Source: an uncultured Chloroflexia bacterium
Lineage (GTDB): Bacteria; Chloroflexota; Anaerolineae; Caldilineales; Caldilineaceae
Length of the DNA stretch: 64,000 bases
Direction: 5' to 3'
NCBI GenBank assembly: GCA_963791135.1
Contig: CAWBRX010000001.1
Location: forward strand, 5,463 to 69,462
The position numbers and the translations under genes are program-made. Under the pieces are notes generated by a model. It ran no database searches and was not told the origin of the DNA. It worked only from the letters and a program-made list of their open reading frames with translations. This document shows positions 10,350 to 19,626 of the stretch, piece by piece (the stretch's first letter is position 1; each line of letters opens with the position of its first letter).

Positions 10350-11612
10350 ATGCCCGGCGAAGTAAACCTGGCCTGTACGCTGAGCAAAGACGCTTTGCCC
10401 GTGACCGGCCAGCCGCAGCTCACCTATGTGCTGCTCGAGGTCGCGCCCACCGATGTGATGGCGGCAGTGCAGATGCCGCTCAACTTCTGCCTGGTCCTGG
10501 ACAAGAGCGGCTCGATGGACGGGGCCAAAATGGACTGTCTCAAGGATGCCGTCAGGCGCGTGATTGACTTGCTTGGGCCGGATGATTATCTCTCGCTCGT
10601 GTCGTTTGATACGAGCCCCCACACCGTGGTCAAGAGCCAGCAGGCACGCAGCAGTTCGGATAAGCAGGCACTCAAGCGTCAGGTCGATCGGCTGGATGCA
10701 GGCGGAGGGACGGAGATTGCGCCGGCGTTGGAAAGCGGGTTTGCGGAGTTGAGCAAGGCTTTTGCGGCCAATCGCATCAACCGCCTGGTGCTGTTGACCG
10801 ACGGGCAGACGGAACACGAGGATCGCTGCCGCAAGCAAGCTCAGAAAATCGGCAGCAGCGGGATCCCGATCACCGCCCTCGGCATCGGCGCCGACTGGAA
10901 TGAGAAGCTGCTCCTGGAATTGGCGGGCGCTACAGGCGGACAGGCGGACTATATCGCCGGCCCGCAAGATATTGTGCCCTACTTCCAGTCCGCCGTGCAG
11001 TCGATGCAGTCGGCGGTTGTGCAGAACGCCGAACTCGTGCTGCGCCTGGTCGGCGGCATCAACCCGCGCAAGGTGTGGCGTGTGGTGCCCGCCATCACGG
11101 ACCTCGGCTATCGCCCCATTAGCGACCGCGTGATTGCAGCTCCGCTGGGCGAGTTGGAAAAGGGCCAGGGGCAGGCGCTGCTGATCGAACTGATGCTGCC
11201 CGATCGCCAGGCGGGCACCTACCGCATCGCGCAGGCCGAGGTCAGCTATGACGTGCCGCTGCTGCAGCTAGTCCAGGAAAAGGTGCGTGTTGACGTCATG
11301 CTCAACTTCACGCACGATTCATTTGCGGCGCAGCAGGTCAATCCAAAGGTCATGAACATCGTCGAAAAGGTTACGGCGTTCAAGCTGCAGACGCGCGCGC
11401 TGCAGGCGGCAGAAGCCGGTGATCTCGCTGGCGCAACGCAGCAGTTGCGTGCTGCCCATACGATTTTGCTCAACCAGGGCGACGCAGAACTGGCGCGTAC
11501 GGTTAAGCTGGCCGCCGATCAACTTGAGGGCCAAAACCAGATCAGTTCCGAGGCCAAAAAAACCATCCAGTTTAAGAGCGGCAAGACCGTACGGCTGGAC
11601 CAGCAACCCTGA
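10350..11612 (+). CDS. Cytoplasmic von Willebrand factor type A (vWA) domain protein
   Basis: Intact 420 aa. MIDAS motif LVLDKSGSMDG, then SLVSFDT and LLTDGQ. Followed by a beta-rich region and a helical tail. No signal peptide. Confidence 0.85.
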   Translation: MPGEVNLACTLSKDALPVTGQPQLTYVLLEVAPTDVMAAVQMPLNFCLVLDKSGSMDGAKMDCLKDAVRRVIDLLGPDDYLSLVSFDTSPHTVVKSQQARSSSDKQALKRQVDRLDAGGGTEIAPALESGFAELSKAFAANRINRLVLLTDGQTEHEDRCRKQAQKIGSSGIPITALGIGADWNEKLLLELAGATGGQADYIAGPQDIVPYFQSAVQSMQSAVVQNAELVLRLVGGINPRKVWRVVPAITDLGYRPISDRVIAAPLGELEKGQGQALLIELMLPDRQAGTYRIAQAEVSYDVPLLQLVQEKVRVDVMLNFTHDSFAAQQVNPKVMNIVEKVTAFKLQTRALQAAEAGDLAGATQQLRAAHTILLNQGDAELARTVKLAADQLEGQNQISSEAKKTIQFKSGKTVRLDQQP

Positions 11613-11625
11613 TGGTTGAAGCACG

Positions 11626-13233
11626 ATGATCTGTTCACGCTGCGGCAACGCAAATAAACCGAACGCGCGATTCTGTGCTCGCTGCGGTCAGCCGTTGACG
11701 GCAGGAGCGCCGCCTGCTGGCGTTCAACCGCCGGGGTCTCGCCCTCCCCAGTTGACCGGAATGCTGCCGGCCAATACCGTGCTCGCCGGCCGCTACTACG
11801 TGCAAAAACGCCTGGGACAAGGTGGTATGGCGGCCGTGTACAAGGCGGAAGACGCTCGGCTGCCCGGCACGTACTGGGCTGTCAAGGAGATGTCCGAGGC
11901 CGCGCTGGCGAATCCTGCCGAACGCGTGCAGGCAATCGAGGGCTTTCGCCACGAGGCGCGCGAACTGGCATCCTTGAGCCATCCGAACATTGTACGCGTC
12001 ATCGACTTCTTCGCCGATGCCGGCAAGTACTATCTCGTGATGGAGTACGTGGATGGTTCCACGCTCGAGGATCTGCTTGTGCACAACGGCAGCGCCTTCC
12101 AGGAAGCCCAGGTGCTGGCGTGGCTGCGCCAGCTCTGTGACGCCTTGCACTATCTGCACAGCCAGACTCCGCCGATCATCTTTCGCGACTTGAAACCCAG
12201 CAACATCATGGTCGATCGCAACGGCACGATCAAGCTGATCGACTTTGGCATCGCCCGGCGCTTTGATCCCAGGAAACCGACCGACACGACTGCCCTGGGC
12301 ACAGAGGGGTATGCCGCTCCGGAACAATATGGAAAGGGACAGACCGACGCCCGCTCTGACATCTATGCGCTCGGCGTGACGACACATCGTCTCTTGACAG
12401 GCTTTGATCCATCTACACGTCCCTTCAGCATCCCGGCAGTGCGCACCCTCAACCCGCAAGTGTCGCCGCGCCTGGCGGAGGTAGTCGATGCCTGCGTGCG
12501 ATCCGAAGTTACGCAGCGACCACAGCGCGTGGCCGACATCCAGCGCAGCGTAACCGGCATGCTGCCGTCGCCTCAATCCGGCAGCGGTGCTTTTTCTTCG
12601 CCACGCGGCGGTCTGCCCGCCGTGCAGACATCGACGCGCCCGACCACGCGGCTCATTCAAGCGGCTGCACGTTTGAGCGGCCGCCAGCTCGCGACTATCA
12701 TCGGCGGCAGCCTGGCCGGCCTGGTGCTGGCGATCTGGTTGTTTGCCCCCTGGATCGAAGCGAACTTCCCAGCCCTATGGTATGAGGTGCCCGCCTTCAT
12801 GATCGCGGGGCCGCTTGCGTACGCCGCCACGCGACGCCTGGGACCGGCTTTTGTCGCTCAGCTAGCCGTTACTGTCGTCGTCTTTGTAACATCGTGGATG
12901 CGCTTTGGCACGTGGACCTATGAGCCAAGGGGGTTCCTGCTGGGCGCCATCCTCAGCGCAGTTGTCTACGAAATCAGCTTTTTTCTGCTTGACCACCAAA
13001 CAACCTGGTCCCAACTGCCCGATGCATGGAAGCGCGAGATCGCTTGGTATGCGGCTACAGCTGTGCTGGCGACTGCTTGCTTTTACCTGCCCTGGTATCC
13101 CGTGCGCTTCCAGGGCTCACTGTGGGTATGGTTCAACACGGCCTTGATCGGTGCTGCCGGTTGGTTCTTGGGCGATCTTGTCCATCAGGGGATGGCGCAG
13201 CGGCTGTGGCTCCGCTTTGCGCATACGCCTTGA
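11626..13233 (+). CDS. Hanks-type Ser/Thr protein kinase with N-terminal zinc ribbon and C-terminal polytopic membrane domain
   Basis: Intact 535 aa. CSRCGNANKPNARFCARCG; GQGGMAAVYKA; WAVKEM; IIFRDLKPSNIMV; DFGIAR; GTEGYAAPEQ. Several predicted TM helices after about aa 360. Starts 13 nt after the vWA stop. Confidence 0.9.
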   Translation: MICSRCGNANKPNARFCARCGQPLTAGAPPAGVQPPGSRPPQLTGMLPANTVLAGRYYVQKRLGQGGMAAVYKAEDARLPGTYWAVKEMSEAALANPAERVQAIEGFRHEARELASLSHPNIVRVIDFFADAGKYYLVMEYVDGSTLEDLLVHNGSAFQEAQVLAWLRQLCDALHYLHSQTPPIIFRDLKPSNIMVDRNGTIKLIDFGIARRFDPRKPTDTTALGTEGYAAPEQYGKGQTDARSDIYALGVTTHRLLTGFDPSTRPFSIPAVRTLNPQVSPRLAEVVDACVRSEVTQRPQRVADIQRSVTGMLPSPQSGSGAFSSPRGGLPAVQTSTRPTTRLIQAAARLSGRQLATIIGGSLAGLVLAIWLFAPWIEANFPALWYEVPAFMIAGPLAYAATRRLGPAFVAQLAVTVVVFVTSWMRFGTWTYEPRGFLLGAILSAVVYEISFFLLDHQTTWSQLPDAWKREIAWYAATAVLATACFYLPWYPVRFQGSLWVWFNTALIGAAGWFLGDLVHQGMAQRLWLRFAHTP

Positions 13234-13297
13234 TACCCGGCCGAGCGGTGCACGCCAGATGCAATGCTGCCGATGAAGCTAAAATGGGAGGAGACGC

Positions 13298-14245
13298 ATG
13301 GGATTGGCTTGGCCTATAGCTCTGCTGGGGCTTCTGCTGGGGATCATTGCCGTGCTGTTTGTCGTGCTCATCGTTCTATTGGTGCGCAACTATCTGCGTG
13401 ACCGTTCGCGGATGCCTACAGCCCTGCGTAAGGCACAGGGGACAGCTGCAGATAACGAGGCTGCGTCCCCTGCGCCTCCGCCTGTTGCGGCTGCCCCTGC
13501 ACCTACGCAGGCTCCGGCACCTGCCCAACCACTCGCGCCGGCGCCAGCCGGCTCGCCACGCCCGGCGGCATACCTGGAGCAGGATACGAACGGCGGGCCG
13601 CCGCAGATTTTCCGGCTTGACCGGCCCGTAACCGTTATAGGCCGCGATCCTGCTTGTGACATTCGCATCGACGAGCGCTTTGTCTCAGTCTCGCGCCGGC
13701 ATGCCCAGATTGCCCGTGAGGACGATACTTATGTGCTCAGCGACCTGGGCTCAGGCAGCGGTGTCTACGTCAACGGTGCGCGCATCGGGCGCAACCGCGT
13801 ACGTGATGGTGCGGTTATCCGGATCGGACAGGATGTACAGTACACATTCCACGTGAATCCCACCGCGAGGCTTGCCATGACTGTATGTGCCAAGTGCCAG
13901 GCCGAAAACCATCCCAGCGCCAAGTACTGCCGCACCTGCGGTGCTGCGCTGCCGCAGCCTGGCAATTCGCCCCTTGCAGGTGTCGTGCGAGCGCCGGCGC
14001 CAACCCAGGCGCTGCCCGCTGTGGGCAAGTTCTCTCCCCTGGCCGACAGCGAACTGCTGCAAGACGACCGCTATGAGATCGTCCGCCTGGTCACCGGGGC
14101 GACAGCCGCAACGCATATATCGTGCGCGACCAAGGGTGTACACAGTGCGGCCGAGTACGACCGCAAGGAAGGGAAGTTCTGCGAAGCCTGTGGTGCCCAA
14201 CTGGGCCGGCTCTTTGTGCTGCTCGAAGGGAGCAACTGCCGGTGA
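13298..14245 (+). CDS. Membrane-anchored FHA-domain protein with zinc ribbons (probably the N-terminal part of one FHA-pseudokinase-PP2C protein)
   Basis: TM LGLLLGIIAVLFVVLIVLLV and a Pro/Ala linker. FHA: VTVIGRDPACDIRIDERFVSVSRRHAQI...YVLSDLGSGSGVYVNG. Zinc ribbon CAKCQAENHPSAKYCRTCG. Then RYEIVRLV... with local frame damage. Confidence 0.8.
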   Translation: MGLAWPIALLGLLLGIIAVLFVVLIVLLVRNYLRDRSRMPTALRKAQGTAADNEAASPAPPPVAAAPAPTQAPAPAQPLAPAPAGSPRPAAYLEQDTNGGPPQIFRLDRPVTVIGRDPACDIRIDERFVSVSRRHAQIAREDDTYVLSDLGSGSGVYVNGARIGRNRVRDGAVIRIGQDVQYTFHVNPTARLAMTVCAKCQAENHPSAKYCRTCGAALPQPGNSPLAGVVRAPAPTQALPAVGKFSPLADSELLQDDRYEIVRLVTGATAATHISCATKGVHSAAEYDRKEGKFCEACGAQLGRLFVLLEGSNCR

Positions 14246-15551
14246 GCTGGCCGCGGAGCGCCGGCTGGCACAGAGCGGAGTAAGCCATGCCAACCTGGTC
14301 AACTACCACACGGCATTCGAGGCTGCGCCCGTTGGCTCCGTTACGCGCAGCTACGCGGTAGCGGAGCCGATCCTGGCGGGCGTCCGGGCACCGGGACTGC
14401 TGGCGGCTCAACGGCTGTGCGAACAACTGCCTGCTGCCGCTGACACGGCTGTGGGCTGGATCGAGGCCATCCGGCCGGCTGCTGAGGCACTGCTGGCGGC
14501 CAACCTCTGGCTGCCCAAAATTGAGCCGGCCCAATTGCTGCTTGTGGAGGGCGTGGTGCGCCTGGATGCGGCGTCCACAGTGCAGCCGTACGAGGCTGCC
14601 CAGCGCAGCGCGATCAGGTCACAGCAGCAGCTGGCATTGGGGAAACTGCTGCAGCAGCTGGCGCCAGGCGCACAGCTGTCCGGTACGCCTGTAAAGACGC
14701 TGCCGCTGCCCACTCCGGCCGGCCCGGTTTCCCTATCCGTGCGTACAGGCGCCTTAACCGATCTCGGCAACGTACGCGAGATCAACGAAGACAGCATTGT
14801 AACGCTGGAAGTTGACCTGGTGCATAACTCGGCAAGCCAACCGCTGCGCTTGTACGCAGTCGCGGACGGCATGGGAGGGCATGCCGCAGGCGAAGTAGCG
14901 AGCATGTGTGCGACGAACGAACTCACAAATGCGCTGATGAAGAAACGCAGCGCCGCCATTGCCGGTGGCACCAGTGCTGGCAGTGTTGATCTGCGCCTGC
15001 TGCTTAAGGAGGCAGGCCTGAGTGCCGCGAAGGCCGTCTACGAGCAGGCGCAGCGCATGCGCACCGACATGGGCACCACGTTGGTTGCGGCACTGGTCGA
15101 CGCCAAATCGGCGAAGGCGTATGTGATCAATGTGGGCGACAGCCGACTCTACAAGATTTGCAGCCAGTCTATCCGGCAGGTGACGAAAGATCATTCGATG
15201 GTGCAGCTGCTGATCGATAAGCAGCAGTTGACGCCCGACGAGGCGCGCCATCATCCCAATGCGAACCTGATCTACCGCACGCTTGGCGACAAGCCCCAGG
15301 TGGAAATTGACCTGTTTGAAGAGTCGCTGGTGCCCGGCGATGCTCTGTTGTTGTGTAGTGACGGCTTGAGCGGCTTGGTTGAAGACCGGGAACTGCAGGC
15401 AGCCGTCGAGGAAGAGCCGACTCCCGAAGGTGCGTGCCGGCGGTTGGTGGCGCTGGCTAAGCAGCGCGGCGGGCATGACAACATTACCGTTATCGTCGTA
15501 CGGTTCAGCGCTGCGCCATCGAACGGTATGGCGAATGCGGGTGGCCTATGA
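14246..15551 (+). CDS. PP2C-family Ser/Thr phosphatase preceded by a degenerate kinase-like region (continuation of 13298..14245 in the next frame)
   Basis: Meaningful part of track ORF 13887..15551. HANLVNYHTAFE...LWLPKIEPAQLLLVEGVVRLD (kinase-like). PP2C motifs REINEDS, YAVADGMGGHAAGEVAS, INVGDSRLY, LLLCSDGL and GGHDNITVIVV. Confidence 0.85.
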
Positions 15552-16285
15552 ATGAGCAGCGCTATGCGATCCGTCACATAGAACCATTGTCGGCATTCAA
15601 GTTCGGTTTGGTCGTAGGCGGGATGGTGATGCTGCTGCCCGGCTGTGCCCTGGGCATCCTGGTGAAGGATCTTGTAGATCTGCTTGTAGAGATGGCGAAC
15701 GCCGTTATGTTTGCCCCTGATCTTGGTCCCATCGCGCAACTGCACCAGATGGGTTGGGGCCTGGTTTGGCTGGTTATGGTGGGGAGTGTGATCTTTGGCG
15801 GTATCAGCGGCGCGCTGGCTGCCGTGTTGAGTGCTGTGCTCTACAACTTGGTGACAGGCGTCAGCGGTGGGATCGTCGTTCATGCTGCCGTGCTCAATGC
15901 TGCAGCGGCGGGTCCAGCCCTGGCTTACACTCCGGCAGCACTGCCCCCGCCACCATTAACACTATCGCCGGCACCAGCGCCAGCCGCCAAGAGCTATGGC
16001 GGCCCGGCGCTGGTAGCCGTGGGTGGCAGTAGTGATGTCTGGCCGCTGCATGGCGCCGTCACGATTGTGGGCAGCGCGCCGTCCTGCAACATCCAAGTGG
16101 CCGGCCTTGCTACGCTGCATGCCGAAGTGCGCCTCGAAAACGGCCGCTATGTGATCTATGACATGAGCGGCGGGCAGACCTGGGTCAACGACCGCCAGGT
16201 CACGACTGCCAATATGCTCAAGGACGGTTTCCGCGTCCGGCTCGGCGGCGAGGACTTCCTGTTCCAGGCGCCGGCCGGCCCATGA
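15548..16285 (+). CDS. Membrane protein with C-terminal FHA domain
   Basis: ATG overlaps the PP2C stop (ATGA at 15548-15551). Two or three TM helices. FHA: VTIVGSAPSCNIQVAGLATLHAEVRLENGRYVIYDMSGGQTWVNDRQV. Confidence 0.8.
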   Translation: MNEQRYAIRHIEPLSAFKFGLVVGGMVMLLPGCALGILVKDLVDLLVEMANAVMFAPDLGPIAQLHQMGWGLVWLVMVGSVIFGGISGALAAVLSAVLYNLVTGVSGGIVVHAAVLNAAAAGPALAYTPAALPPPPLTLSPAPAPAAKSYGGPALVAVGGSSDVWPLHGAVTIVGSAPSCNIQVAGLATLHAEVRLENGRYVIYDMSGGQTWVNDRQVTTANMLKDGFRVRLGGEDFLFQAPAGP

Positions 16286-16291
16286 GGAAGG

Positions 16292-16390
16292 TTAGCGCAC
16301 AATGTTGGGGCGGCTCATGGATACGCCGACGATCATGCCGAAAATGAAAGAGATCAGCATCCCGATCGCGAGAATGGCTTCGTAACTCAT
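16292..16390 (-). CDS. Small hydrophobic peptide (32 aa), not in the ORF track
   Basis: Minus strand: GGAG-N8-ATG, then MSYEAILAIGMLISFIFGMIVGVSMSRPNIVR*. One TM helix. Its stop is 6 nt from the convergent FHA-gene stop. Confidence 0.4.
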   Translation of the reverse strand: MSYEAILAIGMLISFIFGMIVGVSMSRPNIVR

Positions 16391-16581
16391 AGTTTTTCTC
16401 CTTGCGCGACCTGCGCATTCGGTGAATAGACTGGCAACGGGTCATGACCGTACGGACAACGTTGCTGAAGGTACAGAGGATTGCGGCACTAAAAATCTTT
16501 CGTGTGGAGGAAAACTGATGGATGAGAACTGGCATAATCCCGAGGCGAGGTTAGAGGCAGCGGACGCAATTTCTAGTAGCG

Positions 16582-17007
16582 GTGGAGGTAGCTCGGAGTC
16601 GCGTTTGGCAGCGTGCGCCGGAAGGTGAAACATTTCGCTACTACGATACGAAACTTGGCGGTGAGGTTCGCACGACGTTGGATCGCGCAGATGCACTAGA
16701 GCCGGAAGCGGTGGCATATCTACACAGCCGCGACGGCACGGTACGTGAAATCGGCAGGCTGCGCTATGCGCTTGACTTGGAGGATTGCAACTTGCGTGGT
16801 TATACCCACGCACCTGAAACGTATGGCATTGAATCTGCCTTGCAGTCAGAAGTGTCAGCGCACGCTCGAGAAGCGCACATCGACAAGATGCGTGTTTGGG
16901 TGCCAGACGGAGATGCAGACGCAGCAAAGACCTGGTCTTCGCATGGATTTATCGAAGGAACGCGTGATCCTGGCGCCAGCGGCACGTTTTGGAACCGGCG
17001 TCTCTAG
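16582..17007 (+). CDS. Hypothetical protein, weakly GNAT-acetyltransferase-like
   Basis: Track ORF. THAPETYGIESALQSEVSAHAREAHIDKMRVWVPDGDADAAKTWSSHGF resembles GNAT motifs A/B. The true start may be ATG 16518 (GGAGGA RBS) in another frame. Sits in a locally lower-GC stretch. Confidence 0.3.
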   Translation: MEVARSRVWQRAPEGETFRYYDTKLGGEVRTTLDRADALEPEAVAYLHSRDGTVREIGRLRYALDLEDCNLRGYTHAPETYGIESALQSEVSAHAREAHIDKMRVWVPDGDADAAKTWSSHGFIEGTRDPGASGTFWNRRL

Positions 17008-17058
17008 ACATGCAGTGATCGCCGGTACGAATTCCATTTATTGACAAGGAGTAACGAG

Positions 17059-17652
17059 ATGGCCCCCGTTTCGCTGGTTATTGCTGCTGTCGGGTTAGTA
17101 CTGTTGTTTTTCGGCCGTAAGCTGTTCTGGGTCTACATCGCCATCAGCGGCTTTGTGCTTGGCACACAACTTGGCGCCTATCTGGGCAGTAATCTGGGTA
17201 CCCCAGCCATTGTCTTCATCGGCCTGGTCATGGGCGGTTTGTTCGGCGTCCTGGCTATCTATCTCCAGAAGCCGATGGCCTCGATTGCAGGTTTTTTGTT
17301 GGGCGGGACTCTTGTCCTGCTGCTCTTCCTCTATTTCGGCACCGGCGGCAACCTGTTTGCGCTGATGTTCTACCGCTATGGCGCAACCGATCTGGCCGTA
17401 TTCTTGATCGGCGGCCTGGGCTGCGCCGTACTTGTGTGGGTGACGTTTGAGTGGGCACTCATCATCATCTCGTCCGTGACCGGGTCTTTGATGGCTGTCG
17501 GCGGCCTCAGCCCGCTAGTCAGCCTGCCTGGGGCAGGGTACCTGCTGTTCTTCCTCGTATTGGCGGTGCTGGGCATGTTCGTCCAAGCGCGTATGTTGGC
17601 CAGGCCGGTGCCGGCCGCTGCCCCGCCGGCGCTGCCTGGTCAACATCCATAG
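17059..17652 (+). CDS. Polytopic membrane protein (DUF4203-like, tentative)
   Basis: AAGGAG 7 nt before ATG 17059. Five or six hydrophobic helices rich in Gly/Leu (FWVYIAISGFVLGTQLGAYLG...). Confidence 0.55.
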   Translation: MAPVSLVIAAVGLVLLFFGRKLFWVYIAISGFVLGTQLGAYLGSNLGTPAIVFIGLVMGGLFGVLAIYLQKPMASIAGFLLGGTLVLLLFLYFGTGGNLFALMFYRYGATDLAVFLIGGLGCAVLVWVTFEWALIIISSVTGSLMAVGGLSPLVSLPGAGYLLFFLVLAVLGMFVQARMLARPVPAAAPPALPGQHP

Positions 17653-17694
17653 CGCACAAGCCAAAAATGGTAACAGGGATGTACCTCTGCTGAC

Positions 17695-19626
17695 ATGATG
17701 CAACCTATGCCCCCACCTGCGTTATGCGTTTTCTGTGGTGCGCCGCTGCGGCGGCCGGACGCCCACTTCTGCGGCGCATGCGGTAAACAGCAGCCGGCTG
17801 CGCAGCCGGCACCAAAGTCGCCCAATGCTGGGATGCCAGGAGGAGCCGCCGGCGGCTCTGGATCACAGCCTGGCGCCCGGCCGCTGCCGGCAACTCAGTT
17901 TCTGCCGAGCGGTGGCGCAGGCGCAAGCCAGGCTCCATACCTGCTGGTGCACGAGCCCGGCGTGCCACCGCGCACCGTGCCGCTGCCCTCGCTTCCTATC
18001 GTACTGGGCAGCGTGGCGGCCGCCGGTGTTATGGCCCTCCCTCATCGTGCCGTAGCAGCACGCCACGTACGTATCGACCAGAACAGCGGCAGCTACTTCG
18101 TGACCGACCTAGGCTCGCCCAACGGCACAAGCCTCAACGGCCAACGCCTGGCGGCACAGGCGGGGCACCGGCTGGCCGACGGCGATATCCTGCGGATTGC
18201 CGATGCCCAGGGCAATTCAATCGGAATTGTCTTTCGCAGTGGCGCTGCGGCCGCCGTAGCTACGAGCGTCAAGATCGGTAAGCTGAACCTGGGCGGGAAA
18301 ACCGGCGCCGCCACGCTTGGCCGCGATCCTTCGAACACCGTGCCGCTAGACCATCCTACGGTCTCGCGCCTGCACGCCGAGGTGCGGCGCAGCGCCCAGG
18401 GCGATATGCTCTTTGACCACAGCAGCAACGGTACGTTCGTAAACGGCCAGCGCGTGCGCGGGCAGCATCTGCTCCACGCCGGCGATGTGGTACAAATTGG
18501 GCCGTTTCGGCTCACCTACGACCAGGCTGCATTTACCCAGATTGCCGCTACAAGCTCGTACCGCGTTGATGCCCTGCATTTGACGCGCCAGGTAACCATC
18601 GGCAGGAGGCTGCCGGCGCTCAAGGCGTCCACATCGCCCGCCCAGGCTGCCCGGCTGATCCTAAACGATGTCTGCCTCTCGATCTACCCGCGCGAGTTTG
18701 TGGCGCTGGTAGGCGGCAGCGGCGCCGGCAAGAGCACCCTGATGAAGGCGTTGAGCGGCGTGACACCCGCCAGCGGTCAAGTGCTCGTCAACGGGGAAGA
18801 CCTCTATGCCAACTTTGCCGCTTACCGCAGCATTCTGGGCTATGTGCCGCAGGACGATATCGTGCACCAGCATCTTACCGTCACGGGCGCCCTGGACTAT
18901 GCCGCACGGCTGCGCCTGCCCGACGCGACCCCGGCCGAGATCAAGGCCCGTATCGACGACGTGCTGGGCCAGGTGGAGCTGAAGCAGCACGCTGCCAAGG
19001 TTGTGCATCAGCTGAGCGGCGGCCAACGCAAGCGTGTCTCGATCGCCGTCGAACTACTGGCCGACCCGGGGCTGTTCTTCCTGGACGAGCCGACGTCAGG
19101 CCTGGATCCGGGACTGGAGAAGAAAATGATGCATACCCTGCGCCGTCTTGCGGATGCAGGGCGCACGATTATTCTGGTAACTCACGCTACCGCCAACATT
19201 GACCAGTGCGACCATGTGGCCTTCATGGCGGATGGTAAACTGGCCTTTTACGGGCCTCCCAAAGAAGCGCTCAATTTCTTTAACGCGCATGACTTTGCCG
19301 ACATTTATTCGCGGTTGAACTACCCAATTGACCCGGTTCAGAACCCCGCACCGCCCCAGTGGCAGCCGCCGTTGGCCGGTAACCAGATCCCTGCGGCGGG
19401 CACACCCCCGGCGATCCCGGCGACCCCCTCCGCCGCCCAGGTATGGTCGCAATGTTATCGCTTATCCCCCTACTATCACCAGTACGTGGAACAGCGCTTG
19501 CAGGCGCTGCCCGGCCCTGCCGCCCCTGCCTGCCGCCCCTGCCGCGGGCACGACGCGTCAGAAAGACTCCCCATGGCGGCAGTGGAGCGTGCTGACACAG
19601 CGCTACCTGGACCTGATTCGCCGTGA
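17695..19626 (+). CDS. Zinc-ribbon + two FHA domains + ABC ATPase (N-terminal part of an Rv1747-like FHA-gated ABC exporter)
   Basis: CVFCGAPLRRPDAHFCGACG. FHA1: IVLGS...ARHVRIDQNSGSYFVTDLGSPNGTSLNG. FHA2: ATLGRDPSNTVPLDHPTVSRLHAEV...FDHSSNGTFVNG. Walker A GGSGAGKST, signature LSGGQRKR, Walker B LFFLDEPTSGLD. The correct frame ends about 19529. Confidence 0.85.
   Translation: MMQPMPPPALCVFCGAPLRRPDAHFCGACGKQQPAAQPAPKSPNAGMPGGAAGGSGSQPGARPLPATQFLPSGGAGASQAPYLLVHEPGVPPRTVPLPSLPIVLGSVAAAGVMALPHRAVAARHVRIDQNSGSYFVTDLGSPNGTSLNGQRLAAQAGHRLADGDILRIADAQGNSIGIVFRSGAAAAVATSVKIGKLNLGGKTGAATLGRDPSNTVPLDHPTVSRLHAEVRRSAQGDMLFDHSSNGTFVNGQRVRGQHLLHAGDVVQIGPFRLTYDQAAFTQIAATSSYRVDALHLTRQVTIGRRLPALKASTSPAQAARLILNDVCLSIYPREFVALVGGSGAGKSTLMKALSGVTPASGQVLVNGEDLYANFAAYRSILGYVPQDDIVHQHLTVTGALDYAARLRLPDATPAEIKARIDDVLGQVELKQHAAKVVHQLSGGQRKRVSIAVELLADPGLFFLDEPTSGLDPGLEKKMMHTLRRLADAGRTIILVTHATANIDQCDHVAFMADGKLAFYGPPKEALNFFNAHDFADIYSRLNYPIDPVQNPAPPQWQPPLAGNQIPAAGTPPAIPATPSAAQVWSQCYRLSPYYHQYVEQRLQALPGPAAPACRPCRGHDASERLPMAAVERADTALPGPDSP
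19517..19542 (+). repeat. Perfect 13-bp direct tandem duplication (CTGCCGCCCCTGC x2) at the ATPase/permease frame break
   Basis: 19517-19529 is identical to 19530-19542. Deleting one copy gives ...QALPGPAAPAAGTTRQKDSPWRQWSVLTQRYLDL..., joining ORFs 17695..19626 and 19328..20563. Confidence 0.9.

Noticed and set aside
16422-16628. ORF 16422..16628 as an independent small protein.
   Set aside because: Only its last 36 codons follow a plausible RBS/ATG (16518). It more likely represents the out-of-frame 5' end of the GNAT-like ORF 16582..17007.
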